Source: Bacteroidetes bacterium RIFCSPLOWO2_12_FULL_35_15 (GTDB lineage: Bacteria; Bacteroidota; Bacteroidia; 2-12-FULL-35-15). From it: 64,000 nt of DNA. Under the pieces are notes generated by a model, which was not told the DNA's origin, searched no databases, and was given only the letters and a program-made list of their open reading frames with translations. The translations under genes and the position numbers were made by a program. The stretch is from the NCBI GenBank assembly GCA_001769385.1, contig MEPB01000068.1, positions 63,917 through 127,916 on the forward strand, given 5' to 3'. How positions within the stretch are numbered: position 1 is the first letter of the stretch; the number at the start of each line of letters is the position of its first letter. This document shows, one piece after another, positions 25,592 to 35,989 of this stretch.

Positions 25592-28102
25592 ATGGAAAAC
25601 TTAAAACCAAATTCTGAAAAAATAAAACCATTAGGTATAAACACTATTTCAGATTTTTCTTTTTCTGATCTGCTTGATATTTCTGACTTGCAGCAATTAG
25701 TGAATCATCTTTCCGAATTAGCCGGTTGTCCGATCGGAATACTTGATATAGATAATACTATTTTAGCAAGTGCCGGATGGCAAAAAATATGCACTTGTTT
25801 TCATCGCATTCATCCCGAAACGAGTCGTAATTGCACAGAAAGCGATAATTTAATCAAAAAGAATCTGAAAACAAAAAGTCCCATTGTATATAAATGCAAA
25901 AATGGATTATGGGATGTTGCTTACCCTGTTTTTATTGAAAAAAAACATGTTGCAAATATTTTCTTTGGACAATTCTTTTACGATGATGAAAAAATTGATA
26001 CGCATTATTTTGAACTTCAGGCCGAAAAATACAACTTCGACAAAACAGAATACTTGAACTGTTTAAATAAAGTTCCTGTCATTTCACGCAAAAGAGAAGA
26101 AATCTTAAAGAATTTTTCTATCACTTTAGCTCGAATGATCACTAAAGCGGGATATTCTAATTTAGTACTAAAAAAAGAAAAAATAGAAGAACTCAGTTTA
26201 GCGAATGAAAAAATAAAAGAAAGTGAGTCGAAAATCAGAAAAATATTTGAACAAGCAGGCGTTGGTGTGCTGCAGGTGGATGCTTCAAGCGGACGGTTTT
26301 TAAAAATAAACCAGAAGTTCGCTGATATGCTTGGTTACAGAAGTGATGAGCTATTGCAGTTGACCTTAAAAGATATAACTCATCCTGATGACCACAAAAA
26401 AAATCTGGACCAAATAAACTTGTTAAAAAAAAAACAAGTCAAAGAATTTTCAATTGAAAAAAGATACATCCGAAAGGATGGAACTATTCTTTGGGCAATA
26501 CTCACAGTAACTGTCCTGAACGAAACAACCGATGGGAAATTAACAAATATCGGGATCGCTCAGGATATCACTGAACGAAAAAAAGCAGAGCAAGAATTAA
26601 AAGAAAGTGAAGAAAAGTTTAAAACTGTTTTTAATCAATCTCCAATCGGACTTGAGCTTTACAACATGGATGGGCAATTGTTAGATTGCAATCCCGCCTG
26701 CCTTAATATGTTCGGGATCGATAATATACTTGAGGTAATCGGATTTAATCTTTTTGAAGATCCTAATCTAACGGAGCAACAAAAATGTGATATCAAAATA
26801 GGTAAAAATGTTCTATTTGAAATTAAATTTGATTTTGATATTGTTAAAAAACTTAATCTTTATAATACTAGTAAATCGGGCCATTGTTTTCTTAGCTGTT
26901 TTGCAACATCATTCAAAACCGAAGGAAACAATAAAACAGGAATTTTGCTTCATGTGATCGATATTACTCAACGCAAAAAAGCTGAAGTGGATTTAAAAGA
27001 AGAGAACGACCGATTCCATACTTCTATGAATGCAATGGATTCAATAGTATATGTTGCTGATCTGGAAAATCACCAGGTTTTATTTGCCAATAAATATGTT
27101 AAAGATCTATTTGGGGATATAGTCGGTAAAAAATGTTATTCAGCATTACAAGGAAAAAATGCACCCTGTGATTTTTGTACTAATCATTTATTAATTGATG
27201 ATAAGGGAAAGGCCAATCCCCCTTATGTTTGGGAATTTCAAAATTTAATTACCGGAAAATGGTACCAATGCCATGATCAGGCAATACTATGGATAAACGG
27301 GAAACTTGTGCGGTTTGAAATGGCAACTGATATTTCTGTAAATAAAGAAAATGAACAAGCATTGAAGGAAAATGAAATCAAACTTCAGGAATTAAATTCA
27401 ACCAAAGATAAATTCTTTTCTATCATCGGCCACGATTTAAAAAACCCATTTACAGTTTTGAAAAGTAGTTCCGAATTGCTTTCAGTCTATTTAGAAAAAA
27501 ATGATCTTGCCAAAAGTAAAGCAAAAGCTGCAATGATCTCGAACGCGTCCAATCATGGTTATGCTTTATTGGAAAATCTGTTAGTATGGGCGAAATCACA
27601 AACAGGAGGACTAAAGTTTGAACCCCAAAAAATAAATTTTAATACAAGTGTCTCTAAAACCATCGGAGAAATAGAAGATCATGCATTTGAAAAAAATATT
27701 GTAATAAAAAATGAAATACCGGAAGATTTGATTTTGGAAGCCGATGAAAATTTATTGTCCGTTGTTTTCCGTAATCTGATAACCAACGCTATTAAATTTA
27801 CACACCGTGGAGGATCAATAACTATAACAGCAAAAACAGATAAGGATAATGTGGAAGTGGCCGTTATTGATACAGGTATTGGTATTCCGAAAGAACATCA
27901 ATACAAACTTTTCAGGTTAGATGTCAATTTTTCAAGAGTAGGAACAGCAAATGAAGAAAGTACAAGTTTAGGATTGATCCTTTGCAAAGAATTTATTGAA
28001 AAGCACAAAGGCAAAATCTGGGTGGAGAGTGAAGCAAATAAAGGAAGTGAGTTTAGATTTACCATACCTCATATCTGGCAGGAAAATAATCCATATTCTT
28101 AA
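25592..28102 (+). CDS. Cytoplasmic sensor histidine kinase (PocR ligand-binding - PAS x3 - HisKA - HATPase)
   Basis: PocR motif GWQKICTCFHR...C..SD...YKCKNGLWDVAYP; PAS motifs THPDD/DITERK; H-box IIGHDLKNP; N-box NLITNAIKF; G1 DTGIGI. Confidence 0.9.
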   Translation: MENLKPNSEKIKPLGINTISDFSFSDLLDISDLQQLVNHLSELAGCPIGILDIDNTILASAGWQKICTCFHRIHPETSRNCTESDNLIKKNLKTKSPIVYKCKNGLWDVAYPVFIEKKHVANIFFGQFFYDDEKIDTHYFELQAEKYNFDKTEYLNCLNKVPVISRKREEILKNFSITLARMITKAGYSNLVLKKEKIEELSLANEKIKESESKIRKIFEQAGVGVLQVDASSGRFLKINQKFADMLGYRSDELLQLTLKDITHPDDHKKNLDQINLLKKKQVKEFSIEKRYIRKDGTILWAILTVTVLNETTDGKLTNIGIAQDITERKKAEQELKESEEKFKTVFNQSPIGLELYNMDGQLLDCNPACLNMFGIDNILEVIGFNLFEDPNLTEQQKCDIKIGKNVLFEIKFDFDIVKKLNLYNTSKSGHCFLSCFATSFKTEGNNKTGILLHVIDITQRKKAEVDLKEENDRFHTSMNAMDSIVYVADLENHQVLFANKYVKDLFGDIVGKKCYSALQGKNAPCDFCTNHLLIDDKGKANPPYVWEFQNLITGKWYQCHDQAILWINGKLVRFEMATDISVNKENEQALKENEIKLQELNSTKDKFFSIIGHDLKNPFTVLKSSSELLSVYLEKNDLAKSKAKAAMISNASNHGYALLENLLVWAKSQTGGLKFEPQKINFNTSVSKTIGEIEDHAFEKNIVIKNEIPEDLILEADENLLSVVFRNLITNAIKFTHRGGSITITAKTDKDNVEVAVIDTGIGIPKEHQYKLFRLDVNFSRVGTANEESTSLGLILCKEFIEKHKGKIWVESEANKGSEFRFTIPHIWQENNPYS

Positions 28103-28154
28103 ACATTTCTTTAACACTATATTCTTACTGTATTAAATTATCAAATGGTGTTTG

Positions 28155-30221
28155 TTAAATTTTAATTCCAATGACTAATATATCATCCACCTGTTCAAGA
28201 TCACCTTTCCAATCGTTTAAGGTTCTGCTTAGAATCTGCTGCTGTTGTTTCATAGATTTCTCCTGAATAGAAATGATCAACTCCTGCAAAGGTTTATACT
28301 TGAATTTTTTTCCTTTTGCACCACCAAACTGATCGGCAAAACCATCAGTAAAGATATATACAGTATCACCAGGGAACAACTCTACTTCATGGTTATTGAA
28401 CAAATGAAGTTCTTCTCCAACAAAAATTCCAATAGGAAATTTATCTCCTTTTATTTCTATTAGTTCAGGAATTTGTTTTGATCTTACTATCCATACCGGA
28501 TTATTTGCACCAGCGAATTGAAGTGTAAACGAATTTGAATTGTTTTTTTTGAGTGAACAAAGAGCAATGTCCATCCCGTCTTTCACGGCAGAATCTTCTT
28601 GAGTTTGTCGGAGTGTTTCACTCAATCCAATATTTAATTCATTTAATATATCAGAAGGTTTTATTTTATGATGTTCGTTCACGGCCTGATTCAAAAGGTT
28701 ATGACCTACAATACTCATAAACGCTCCAGGGACACCATGCCCGGTGCAATCAACAGCAGCGAATAGGATTTGTGTTGAATTATTTATTTTCACTTCCTCT
28801 ATCCAATAAAAATCACCACTTACAATATCTTTTGGTTTATAAAAAACAAAAGCATTATCCTTAAAAGTACTATTGAATGCTGCTGTTGGAAGAATCGCTT
28901 CCTGAAGGCGTTGTGCATAACGAATACTATCCTTAATATCCTTATGCTGATCTTCAATTATATTATATGCAGTTTCTATTTTTTTATTTTTTATCCCTAG
29001 CTCATTGTACACTTTTCGTTTTTGTATATAACCACGAATTGCTAGTATAGCCAGCAGTAATACCAAAAAGCCTCCAATTCCAATCGACCAGCTAATTATC
29101 CGTTGTTGCGTTAATTCATCTTCCTTTATCTTTTTATCCTTTGTTAGCAGATCAATTTCTTTTGCTTTTTTTTCTGTTTCAAAACGCGCCTGCATTTCAG
29201 CTATTTGTTTACTGTTTTCAGTATTGTAAATGGAATCATTCATTTTCTGATACAATTCAAAGTTGTCAAGCGCTTTTTTAAAATTTCCCATTTTCTTGTA
29301 TGAAGCCGAAATCCCTTTGTATGCTGCAAGAATTCGATCATTCGCTCCGATTTTTTTTGCTTGTTCCAATCCCCTGTTATAATATTCTATCGCCTTTTCA
29401 GCGTTCCCGGTAGATCGATAAAAGTCACCAAGGTTGTTTAAAGCTAAAGCCATTCCATAAATATTTCCAATTTCACTATATTTATCATATGCTTTATTAA
29501 TATAAAATAATGCCTTTGAATAATCTTTTAAATTAAGATAACTATCAGCGATATTATTATAACAGGTGGCGACAGCTTCCTTATTATCCATTTCCTCAAA
29601 TAATTTTACTGCTTGAAAACAATATTCCAATGATTTTTTATAATCCTTTTTATCGCTAAAAACAGTTCCAATAGCTATTAAGGAAGATGCGATTCCTCTT
29701 TTGCTGTTAAGTTCCTTTGAGATCGCCAATGATTGTTTAAAATAGGTATAGGCTTTATCGGGTTCATGAAGATCAAGAAAAACATTCCCGATCGAACCGG
29801 ATGATGATAAAATACCTTTTTTATTTCCGAGGCTTTCTTGAATATTTAATGCTTTTATATAATAAAACAACGCAACCTTATACTCAGCGAGGTTATAATG
29901 TCCATTGCCAATATTATTCAGTGCTTTTGCTTCTAACTTTTTTAACTTTGTTTTTTCAGCGATCTTCAATGCTTCGCTGGCATAGTTTATTGATTTTGCG
30001 GGATCAATATCTACTATCTGCTCCGAAAGTTGATTTAAAACTTGTATTCTACTACTATCGATAGTTATGGAAGGCAATACTTTTTGAAGTGAATCTATTT
30101 CGTGCTGATCTTGTGCAAATGATTCAGACACGAAACTGAGCAAAAAGAATATAAGGCAGCAATATATTAGTTCATGCCTTGCGTTTTGAAATTTTTGAAA
30201 AAATTTCAATAATTGTTTCAT
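28155..30221 (-). CDS. Periplasmic TPR - TM - SpoIIE/PP2C phosphatase signalling protein
   Basis: TPR repeats, TM, DSIRYAQRLQ, PKDIVSGDFYW, DCTGHGVPGA, TDGFADQFGG, QVDD; paralogue of 22760..24979. Confidence 0.9.
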   Translation of the reverse strand: MKQLLKFFQKFQNARHELIYCCLIFFLLSFVSESFAQDQHEIDSLQKVLPSITIDSSRIQVLNQLSEQIVDIDPAKSINYASEALKIAEKTKLKKLEAKALNNIGNGHYNLAEYKVALFYYIKALNIQESLGNKKGILSSSGSIGNVFLDLHEPDKAYTYFKQSLAISKELNSKRGIASSLIAIGTVFSDKKDYKKSLEYCFQAVKLFEEMDNKEAVATCYNNIADSYLNLKDYSKALFYINKAYDKYSEIGNIYGMALALNNLGDFYRSTGNAEKAIEYYNRGLEQAKKIGANDRILAAYKGISASYKKMGNFKKALDNFELYQKMNDSIYNTENSKQIAEMQARFETEKKAKEIDLLTKDKKIKEDELTQQRIISWSIGIGGFLVLLLAILAIRGYIQKRKVYNELGIKNKKIETAYNIIEDQHKDIKDSIRYAQRLQEAILPTAAFNSTFKDNAFVFYKPKDIVSGDFYWIEEVKINNSTQILFAAVDCTGHGVPGAFMSIVGHNLLNQAVNEHHKIKPSDILNELNIGLSETLRQTQEDSAVKDGMDIALCSLKKNNSNSFTLQFAGANNPVWIVRSKQIPELIEIKGDKFPIGIFVGEELHLFNNHEVELFPGDTVYIFTDGFADQFGGAKGKKFKYKPLQELIISIQEKSMKQQQQILSRTLNDWKGDLEQVDDILVIGIKI

Positions 30222-30438
30222 ATGGGCCGAATTGATTTCTTAGTTTCATTCCAAATATATGAATAAATCAATATTTACTTCAATTGAGGACATTAAATTA
30301 CACCTTCTTTTTGTTGAGGATTAATTGAAGTAATTTGGAGCCATACCAATTGTTAAACATATTTATTGTTTCAGTTCCTTAGTTCAAACTATGCACTTTG
30401 AGAGCAAGACTTTCAGTTTCTACAAATATTAAATTTAC

Positions 30439-30510
30439 CGTCATAACGAGGAACGAAGCAATCCCAATTTATTAATGAGATTGCTTTTTCGCACCTCCTT
30501 CGCAGTAACG
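30439..30510 (+). repeat. Degenerate family C palindromic repeat
   Basis: CGTCATAACGAGGAACGAAGCAATC...GAGATTGCTT...TTCGCAGTAACG. Confidence 0.55.
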
Positions 30511-30554
30511 TGTAATTTTAGCATTTGTTAAAAAGAATTTCATTCTTTTATTTT

Positions 30555-30588
30555 AAACCTCTGCACTTTCAGTGCAGAGTGTTTTTTT
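30555..30588. terminator. Hairpin, probable terminator downstream of the 30622..34224 gene
   Basis: CTCTGCACT-TTC-AGTGCAGAG stem flanked by A/T runs. Confidence 0.55.
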
Positions 30589-30621
30589 ACGTTTTTATAA
30601 ATAATTTTAAAGATTTATCCA

Positions 30622-33600
30622 TTAATATTTTATTGATCTCAATGAAGTACTGTACTTATCAGATGAGATTTTTAAAATGTAAACACCTTTTGCAAGGTTT
30701 AGTTTAGCTGTGTTTATGTTAATGCTATGTTCTCCTGCAGAATAGATAGTACTGGTTAAAAGTATTTCTTTCCCAAGCACATCAATAAGTGAAATGGTAA
30801 TTTTTTGTTCCGTTTTTTGAGAAAAAAGCAGTGTTGCATTTTCATTAAAAGGATTCGGTTGAATTGAAAGAGTAATTGCATTTTCATTTTCGTTTATACC
30901 TGTTGTGGCATCCACCAGAATTCCGTCAGAACTGCAGATACTATTTAAGCCTGCACCATCCATTGCTTTAATACTAAAATAGTACATCTGTCCAGGACTA
31001 AGTGTAAGCCCTGATCTGGTAACAGAAGTATTCAGTGTGTTATTTGTCCAGTTAACCACATCTGTTGCTCCGGAACTTGTTCCGATTGCATACCAATAGT
31101 CTGCTATATCTGAATTAGGATCAAGGGAACTTGTCCAGTTTGCTGAAAGTGTATTAAGTGATGCAACAAGATCACTATCATTTCCGGTACCATCATTCAC
31201 TGTTACGCAGGAAGGATCTGTCCAATCAATATTTACGGTATGATCAGCAATTGTTGACAAATTTCCGGATGCATCATTCACAATAGATTTTATTATTCCT
31301 GAATAAGAGCTGGCGTTTTGATTCTGAAAGCGAATATCATTCGTAGCCGCAGCACCTACACTTACTGTAACAGAAGGCAGTCTGGAACGATATACTTTTA
31401 GATCGCTGATATTCGCTTTACAATTTCCGGTACGAAATGAAATATAATTACCGGGAGTAGTTAAAACGCTGGTATCTGTCCACGTGCCAAGAAATATATT
31501 GTCGCGATACACATCAACTTTTCCTGTGGTCCTGTCAAAAATAATTTTGTAATCGTTCCATTGACCAAGAGTAGTGGTCACATTATTAATTGTTTTCGAT
31601 AAAGTAAAAACATCATTTACTACTTTATAAAATTCAAGAGTACTTGTTTCCTGTCTGAAATAAATGAAATAAGAATTGCCTCTGTTCGGAAGCGCTCCAT
31701 TATCACTAAAAAAATGAAAACCAAAGCGATGTTGGCTAGTGCCGAATGTGGTAGGGGATATCATTGCATTAAACTGATACAAATAGCGATTCGATAAGTT
31801 CTGATTGAGTGCTGCATAGATATTGGAATTGCCTGCCGCTGAATCACTCTGAATTAAGTTTCCTGCAGAAACCTGAAAGATTCCGCTGCCTGCAAGGATA
31901 GACCATATGGAAGAATTGTAGGAATCAAAATTATCTGCAAAAAAACCATTCGTTGCATTTGCATGCCATTCGGAACCATTAAAGTCCTGTACCTGATAAT
32001 AACTTTTTTCAATTCCGCTTCCACCGGAATTATCAGTATCGGTAAATGTTGTTGTGAAATTGGTTGTTTTCCAATTGTTAATGGAGGCGATAGAAGTGGT
32101 GGGTATTAGATTATCAACAGCAGTCATGTTTTTAAATTTCATAGCATCAAAGGCAATGTTTTGAGATGCTACATTGCTGGAGTCCCCTAAATAAACATAT
32201 GCACTTTGTCCTGCTGCTAAACTGTATGTACCTAGCGATACCCATTGTCCGGTGCTTTGTGTTTGATCTATCACCACACTGGTTACTCCACTTGAATGAT
32301 AAATTTTATAGTTTGCATTCACAGCAGTACAACCGGTTCCCCCCGGGATAAAAGCAAGTATTTCATAATTACCTGCTGCTGAAAGGGTGGGGGTCCATGT
32401 AACATAACAAATATCCGGAATACCCGCTTCGGTTCCGGTGTACCAATAGTGATTGTCATAGCCTGCATTCAGGTCATGAAAATACCGTTGATGAGATCCG
32501 TTTGCACTGTTATTCATATAAAATCCATGGTTATAATAAACATCATCGATCAGTGTATCGTTATAGGAAATTTCTGAACCTTCTGCAGTAACGGTCCATG
32601 CAACAGTATTCAGGTTTTGATAACCATTATTATAACCCGGCCAATCGTAGGAAGAATTTTGTCCGTACCAATTTGGCCATGCACCATTATTTTTATTCCC
32701 ATAAGGGTCATTAAAAACGATAGTATGTTGTCCGTTGATATATCCAACTGCAACAGTCAAATGCCCGGCAGTGGTGAGTAAATTACATATCGGGAAAGGG
32801 AAACCGTTATTAATCTGTAATAACACTTTAGCATAATTATCAGCATCTTCCTGAGTAGAATTTAAGTAATGATCGCTAAGGTATTGACGCATGTGGGAGT
32901 GAGGTGAGAAAGAACCGGTCCACATATAACAATAACCACCCCAGGCATTTTCTCCACCCCCGGTAGCAGAAACATCCTGATAATAATATTGATTTAAAGT
33001 GTATTTATCAGCTACGTATGCTCCATAATTACTGGTGTGATTTCCTACTCCGTTACTTGTGGTGATGGGCCATTTAGGAACTCTGTTGTAATAGGCGATT
33101 GCCATAATGGCGGAGGTTGGTGCGCAAGAGCCGTAACCATAGTGCCATTCGGGAGTATCGTACACCTGGTTCACATATGGAACTGTACCTGGAACGTAAG
33201 TAAAAGATTGAACTGATTTTTGAAAACTCTGATTGCTTATGTTTAAAGGACCTGTAGCATTAAAAATCAGTTGATTGGACAATTTCCCATTAACTGTTAA
33301 TGGTTGGCTTGTAACAGTTTTTTGATTTAAACTTTGATATATTATTTTATTTCCTGATTGGATGGCTGCTATTTCGAAATTATCTGAAGTGTTGCTGATA
33401 TTAATTATTCCTGAACCATCAAACGTTGCAGTGTAAATATCAGAACCTACAAAACGGAAATTATTTGTTTCAATTTTTGTAAAAATAATATGTTGTGAAT
33501 CATTAACCCATGATGAGTACATCCCTTCTGCAATAAAAGTAGTTTTTTTGCTTTGCAGATCAAAAATATAAAGTTCACCTGAAATGGATGAATACATTAG

Positions 33601-34224
33601 TTTAGAACCATCAGGCGACCATTGAGGATAAATGTTTCCTTTTTCACCTTTGGTGAATTTATATAAATTGTTGTTTGATAAATTCAATAAAAATAACTGG
33701 TCCTGATCATCGTTGTAACACACGAAATTTCCATTTGGTGATAGGGGGGCAATATTAACGTATTGACCCAAAGAATAACGGTTACTAGTTATACCATCTT
33801 TAACAATCAAATCATTTCCAACCGTGAAAGCTGTTTTTCCATTTTGAGAGAAACTGACCTGTCCGCATAGGTCAACAGGAGGATGTAATAAAATGATCTT
33901 TTTTGTTTGGATAGATAAAACGGCAGGAGCTTGTTTCCCATCTGTCTGGATATATTTAAAGCCAATACTTTTTTTATCAGGGGATAAAGTCATATACCTT
34001 CCGCAACCCGGAGAACTAAAAAGAATAGTGTACTTTCCATCCTTAAAAAGATAAATGTTGGAAGCATAATTATCGGTTGCAACAATTCCAACGGGTGTTT
34101 CCATAAAATTGATAAAATATCCATCTGTTTCTGCTTTATAAGCATCAAAAATTTTGTCTTGAGCATAAGTTAAATGCTGTCCCACAAAAATAAACAGGAC
34201 GAAAATGATCGTTTTAAATTTCAT
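30622..34224 (-). CDS. Multidomain T9SS cargo: TolB/PD40-like propeller, C39-like cysteine peptidase, golvesin-like module, beta-sandwich/Fn3 and CTD
   Basis: LSPD/WSPDG repeats; YVNQ...SCAPTSAIMAIAYY, GHLTVAVGY, NDPYG (Cys-His-Asp); TWTPTL..AGNYEI...DAMKF; CTD QPNPF...GVYILKI. Confidence 0.78.
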   Translation of the reverse strand: MKFKTIIFVLFIFVGQHLTYAQDKIFDAYKAETDGYFINFMETPVGIVATDNYASNIYLFKDGKYTILFSSPGCGRYMTLSPDKKSIGFKYIQTDGKQAPAVLSIQTKKIILLHPPVDLCGQVSFSQNGKTAFTVGNDLIVKDGITSNRYSLGQYVNIAPLSPNGNFVCYNDDQDQLFLLNLSNNNLYKFTKGEKGNIYPQWSPDGSKLMYSSISGELYIFDLQSKKTTFIAEGMYSSWVNDSQHIIFTKIETNNFRFVGSDIYTATFDGSGIINISNTSDNFEIAAIQSGNKIIYQSLNQKTVTSQPLTVNGKLSNQLIFNATGPLNISNQSFQKSVQSFTYVPGTVPYVNQVYDTPEWHYGYGSCAPTSAIMAIAYYNRVPKWPITTSNGVGNHTSNYGAYVADKYTLNQYYYQDVSATGGGENAWGGYCYMWTGSFSPHSHMRQYLSDHYLNSTQEDADNYAKVLLQINNGFPFPICNLLTTAGHLTVAVGYINGQHTIVFNDPYGNKNNGAWPNWYGQNSSYDWPGYNNGYQNLNTVAWTVTAEGSEISYNDTLIDDVYYNHGFYMNNSANGSHQRYFHDLNAGYDNHYWYTGTEAGIPDICYVTWTPTLSAAGNYEILAFIPGGTGCTAVNANYKIYHSSGVTSVVIDQTQSTGQWVSLGTYSLAAGQSAYVYLGDSSNVASQNIAFDAMKFKNMTAVDNLIPTTSIASINNWKTTNFTTTFTDTDNSGGSGIEKSYYQVQDFNGSEWHANATNGFFADNFDSYNSSIWSILAGSGIFQVSAGNLIQSDSAAGNSNIYAALNQNLSNRYLYQFNAMISPTTFGTSQHRFGFHFFSDNGALPNRGNSYFIYFRQETSTLEFYKVVNDVFTLSKTINNVTTTLGQWNDYKIIFDRTTGKVDVYRDNIFLGTWTDTSVLTTPGNYISFRTGNCKANISDLKVYRSRLPSVTVSVGAAATNDIRFQNQNASSYSGIIKSIVNDASGNLSTIADHTVNIDWTDPSCVTVNDGTGNDSDLVASLNTLSANWTSSLDPNSDIADYWYAIGTSSGATDVVNWTNNTLNTSVTRSGLTLSPGQMYYFSIKAMDGAGLNSICSSDGILVDATTGINENENAITLSIQPNPFNENATLLFSQKTEQKITISLIDVLGKEILLTSTIYSAGEHSININTAKLNLAKGVYILKISSDKYSTSLRSIKY

Positions 34225-34332
34225 AAATTAAAGTATTTGGAGCGTTAATTTTGAAGATAACAGTAGTAAATATATGAAATATTTATCCGAAAAGCACCGG
34301 TTTCAAAATTTTCAGATTTCAATTTGATGGAG

Positions 34333-34397
34333 TGACAGAAATCACTTATTCGCTTAATCAGTATCATTGAAAAAAAAAATCGATAACACTTTCTTTG
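34333..34397 (+). promoter_or_regulatory. Tandem TGAY-N4-RTCA boxes plus -7-like element upstream of the BON gene
   Basis: TGACAGAAATCA (34333), TAATCAGTATCA (34355, +22), TTTCTTTG (34390, +35). Confidence 0.6.
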
Positions 34398-34436
34398 CTA
34401 CCGATAATTTTTTATAAACTTAAAATTTAAACATTC

Positions 34437-35105
34437 ATGAAATCAGATTCAGAGATCCAAAAAAATGTAATGGAAGAGCTTAATTGGGAACCCTTACTTA
34501 ATGCCAGTGAAATTGGTGTAGCAGTTAAAAACGGAGTAGTAACACTTTCCGGGACAGTAAATACGTATAGCAAAAAACTTGCTGCTGAAGAAGCTGCAAA
34601 AAGAGTTTTAGGTGTTAAAGCTGTTGCCGAAGACCTTGAAGTTTTACTTGCTGTGCACGGTAAAAAAACAGATGCAGATATTGCACAAGCCGTAATTAAC
34701 GCTCTTAAATGGCATACTTCTATACCGGATGAGAAAATAAAAGTGAAAGTGGAAAACGGTTGGGTAACACTTGATGGAGAAGTGGAGTGGGAGTTTCAAC
34801 GAAATTCAGCCAGAACTGCTGTCAAAAATCTGGCAGGTGTTGTAGGAATCTCTAATAACATTGCCATTGTTCCAACACTTAAAATATCAGATGTAAAAAA
34901 CAAAATTACATCCGCATTTCAGCGCAGTGCAACAATTGATGCAGAAAAAATAACTATCTCTTCCGAAGGAAGCAAAGTGATACTTACCGGAAAAGTTCGT
35001 TCCTATGTAGAAAAAAGAGATGCTGAAAAGGCAGCATGGCTTGCACCTGGTGTGAATAAGGTTGAAAACAAATTAGAGATTGATGCAGAAGTATATGCCT
35101 TCTAA
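34437..35105 (+). CDS. Triple BON domain protein (OsmY-like)
   Basis: Three repeats of D..I...V...L, V.V.NG.VTL.G.V and A....GV..V.N.L. Confidence 0.92.
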   Translation: MKSDSEIQKNVMEELNWEPLLNASEIGVAVKNGVVTLSGTVNTYSKKLAAEEAAKRVLGVKAVAEDLEVLLAVHGKKTDADIAQAVINALKWHTSIPDEKIKVKVENGWVTLDGEVEWEFQRNSARTAVKNLAGVVGISNNIAIVPTLKISDVKNKITSAFQRSATIDAEKITISSEGSKVILTGKVRSYVEKRDAEKAAWLAPGVNKVENKLEIDAEVYAF

Positions 35106-35148
35106 ATTTTAACAAAAAAGAGATCAATGTTACTTACATTAAATATAT

Positions 35149-35182
35149 AAAACCCAATCTTCAAAGGTTGGGTTTTGTTTTT
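35149..35182 (+). terminator. Intrinsic terminator of the BON gene
   Basis: AAAACCCAATCT-TCAA-AGGTTGGGTTTT followed by a T-rich run. Confidence 0.7.
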
Positions 35183-35442
35183 CAATTCTAAAAATTTAAT
35201 AGTTTCTTCCATGTTCGAAAATATTCTGCTTCCAAAAATTATTACAGTGATAAGTATATTAGCTGCTCTTTTTCTTTTTTTTATAACTGTTATACTGTTT
35301 TTAGCTTCCTATATTGATGCTGTGTTTTATACTATCATTAAAACATGCCGCACATTTATTTGCCATTTTATAAAAAAAGAATTTAAGCTAATGTTTAAAT
35401 TTTAATAAAAGAATCTGATTAGGAGTGTTTTTACCAATCTTT

Positions 35443-35618
35443 TCATTTCGACTCCTTCAACTCCGCTCAGGATAAACTCATGAAGAAATCTGTTCTTTGC
35501 AAAATGAGATTTCTCTCTTCATTTCATTGCGTTCGAAATGACAGTCCCTAAATGTCATTTCGACCAGAGGGAGAAATCTCTCCTTCGATTAACAGATTTC
35601 TCTCTTCATTTCATTCGA
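35443..35618 (-). repeat. Two family A units in reverse orientation
   Basis: AGATTTCTCTCTTCATTTCATTGCGTTCGAAATGACAG is the reverse complement of the unit left half; the first unit carries the CTCCGCTCAGGATAAACT insert. Confidence 0.9.
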
Positions 35619-35748
35619 CATATAATACATGTTGAGTAAAATTTAAACATGTCCTAGAATGCTTTTATTTTATACCCTTTCCAACCATAAACCAAAATAT
35701 ATAAATACAGGGTAATTTTATTTTTTCTTTTGTAAACAAAAAATTCAT

Positions 35749-35775
35749 AAAAAAAGGCAGGTATTATCCTGCCTT
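35749..35775 (-). terminator. Intrinsic terminator, minus strand
   Basis: Minus strand AAGGCAGG-ATAATA-CCTGCC followed by T7. Confidence 0.75.
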
Positions 35776-35862
35776 CCGAAGAATAGTTTTCATAACCTTT
35801 TTACAGGTTAATATTGTCTATTTTAATCGACTCTTGATCAGAAATAAATCTGTATCAAGACT
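35749..35862 (-). ncRNA. Candidate about 110-nt small RNA
   Basis: Bounded by -7 element TACCTTTG (35874-35867) with tandem upstream boxes and by a terminator; 5' hairpin TCTTGAT/ATCAAGA; no ORF in the track. Confidence 0.45.
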
Positions 35863-35866
35863 GAAA

Positions 35867-35931
35867 CAAAGGTAAACTGAATTCATTTTAATTCTCTTGA
35901 CCTTCATCAATAAAACGTAAGATAGATATCA
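35867..35931 (-). promoter_or_regulatory. Tandem TGAY-N4-RTCA boxes plus -7 element (minus strand)
   Basis: Boxes at 35920-35931 and 35898-35909 (TTGACCTTCATCAA), 22 bp apart; TACCTTTG begins 35 bp from the proximal box. Confidence 0.62.
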
Positions 35932-35958
35932 CTATTTTTTAAAATTACGTTTTGCTTT

Positions 35959-35989
35959 AAAAAAAAGCAGGTCCTTACGAACCTGCTTT
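35959..35989 (-). terminator. Intrinsic terminator, minus strand
   Basis: Minus strand AAAGCAGGTTC-GTAA-GGACCTGC followed by T8. Confidence 0.8.

Noticed and set aside
35175-35405. 76-aa hydrophobic ORF after the BON gene
   Set aside because: Starts within the terminator, low-complexity T-rich sequence, no recognisable motif; a small membrane protein from ATG 35211 cannot be excluded but is unsupported.
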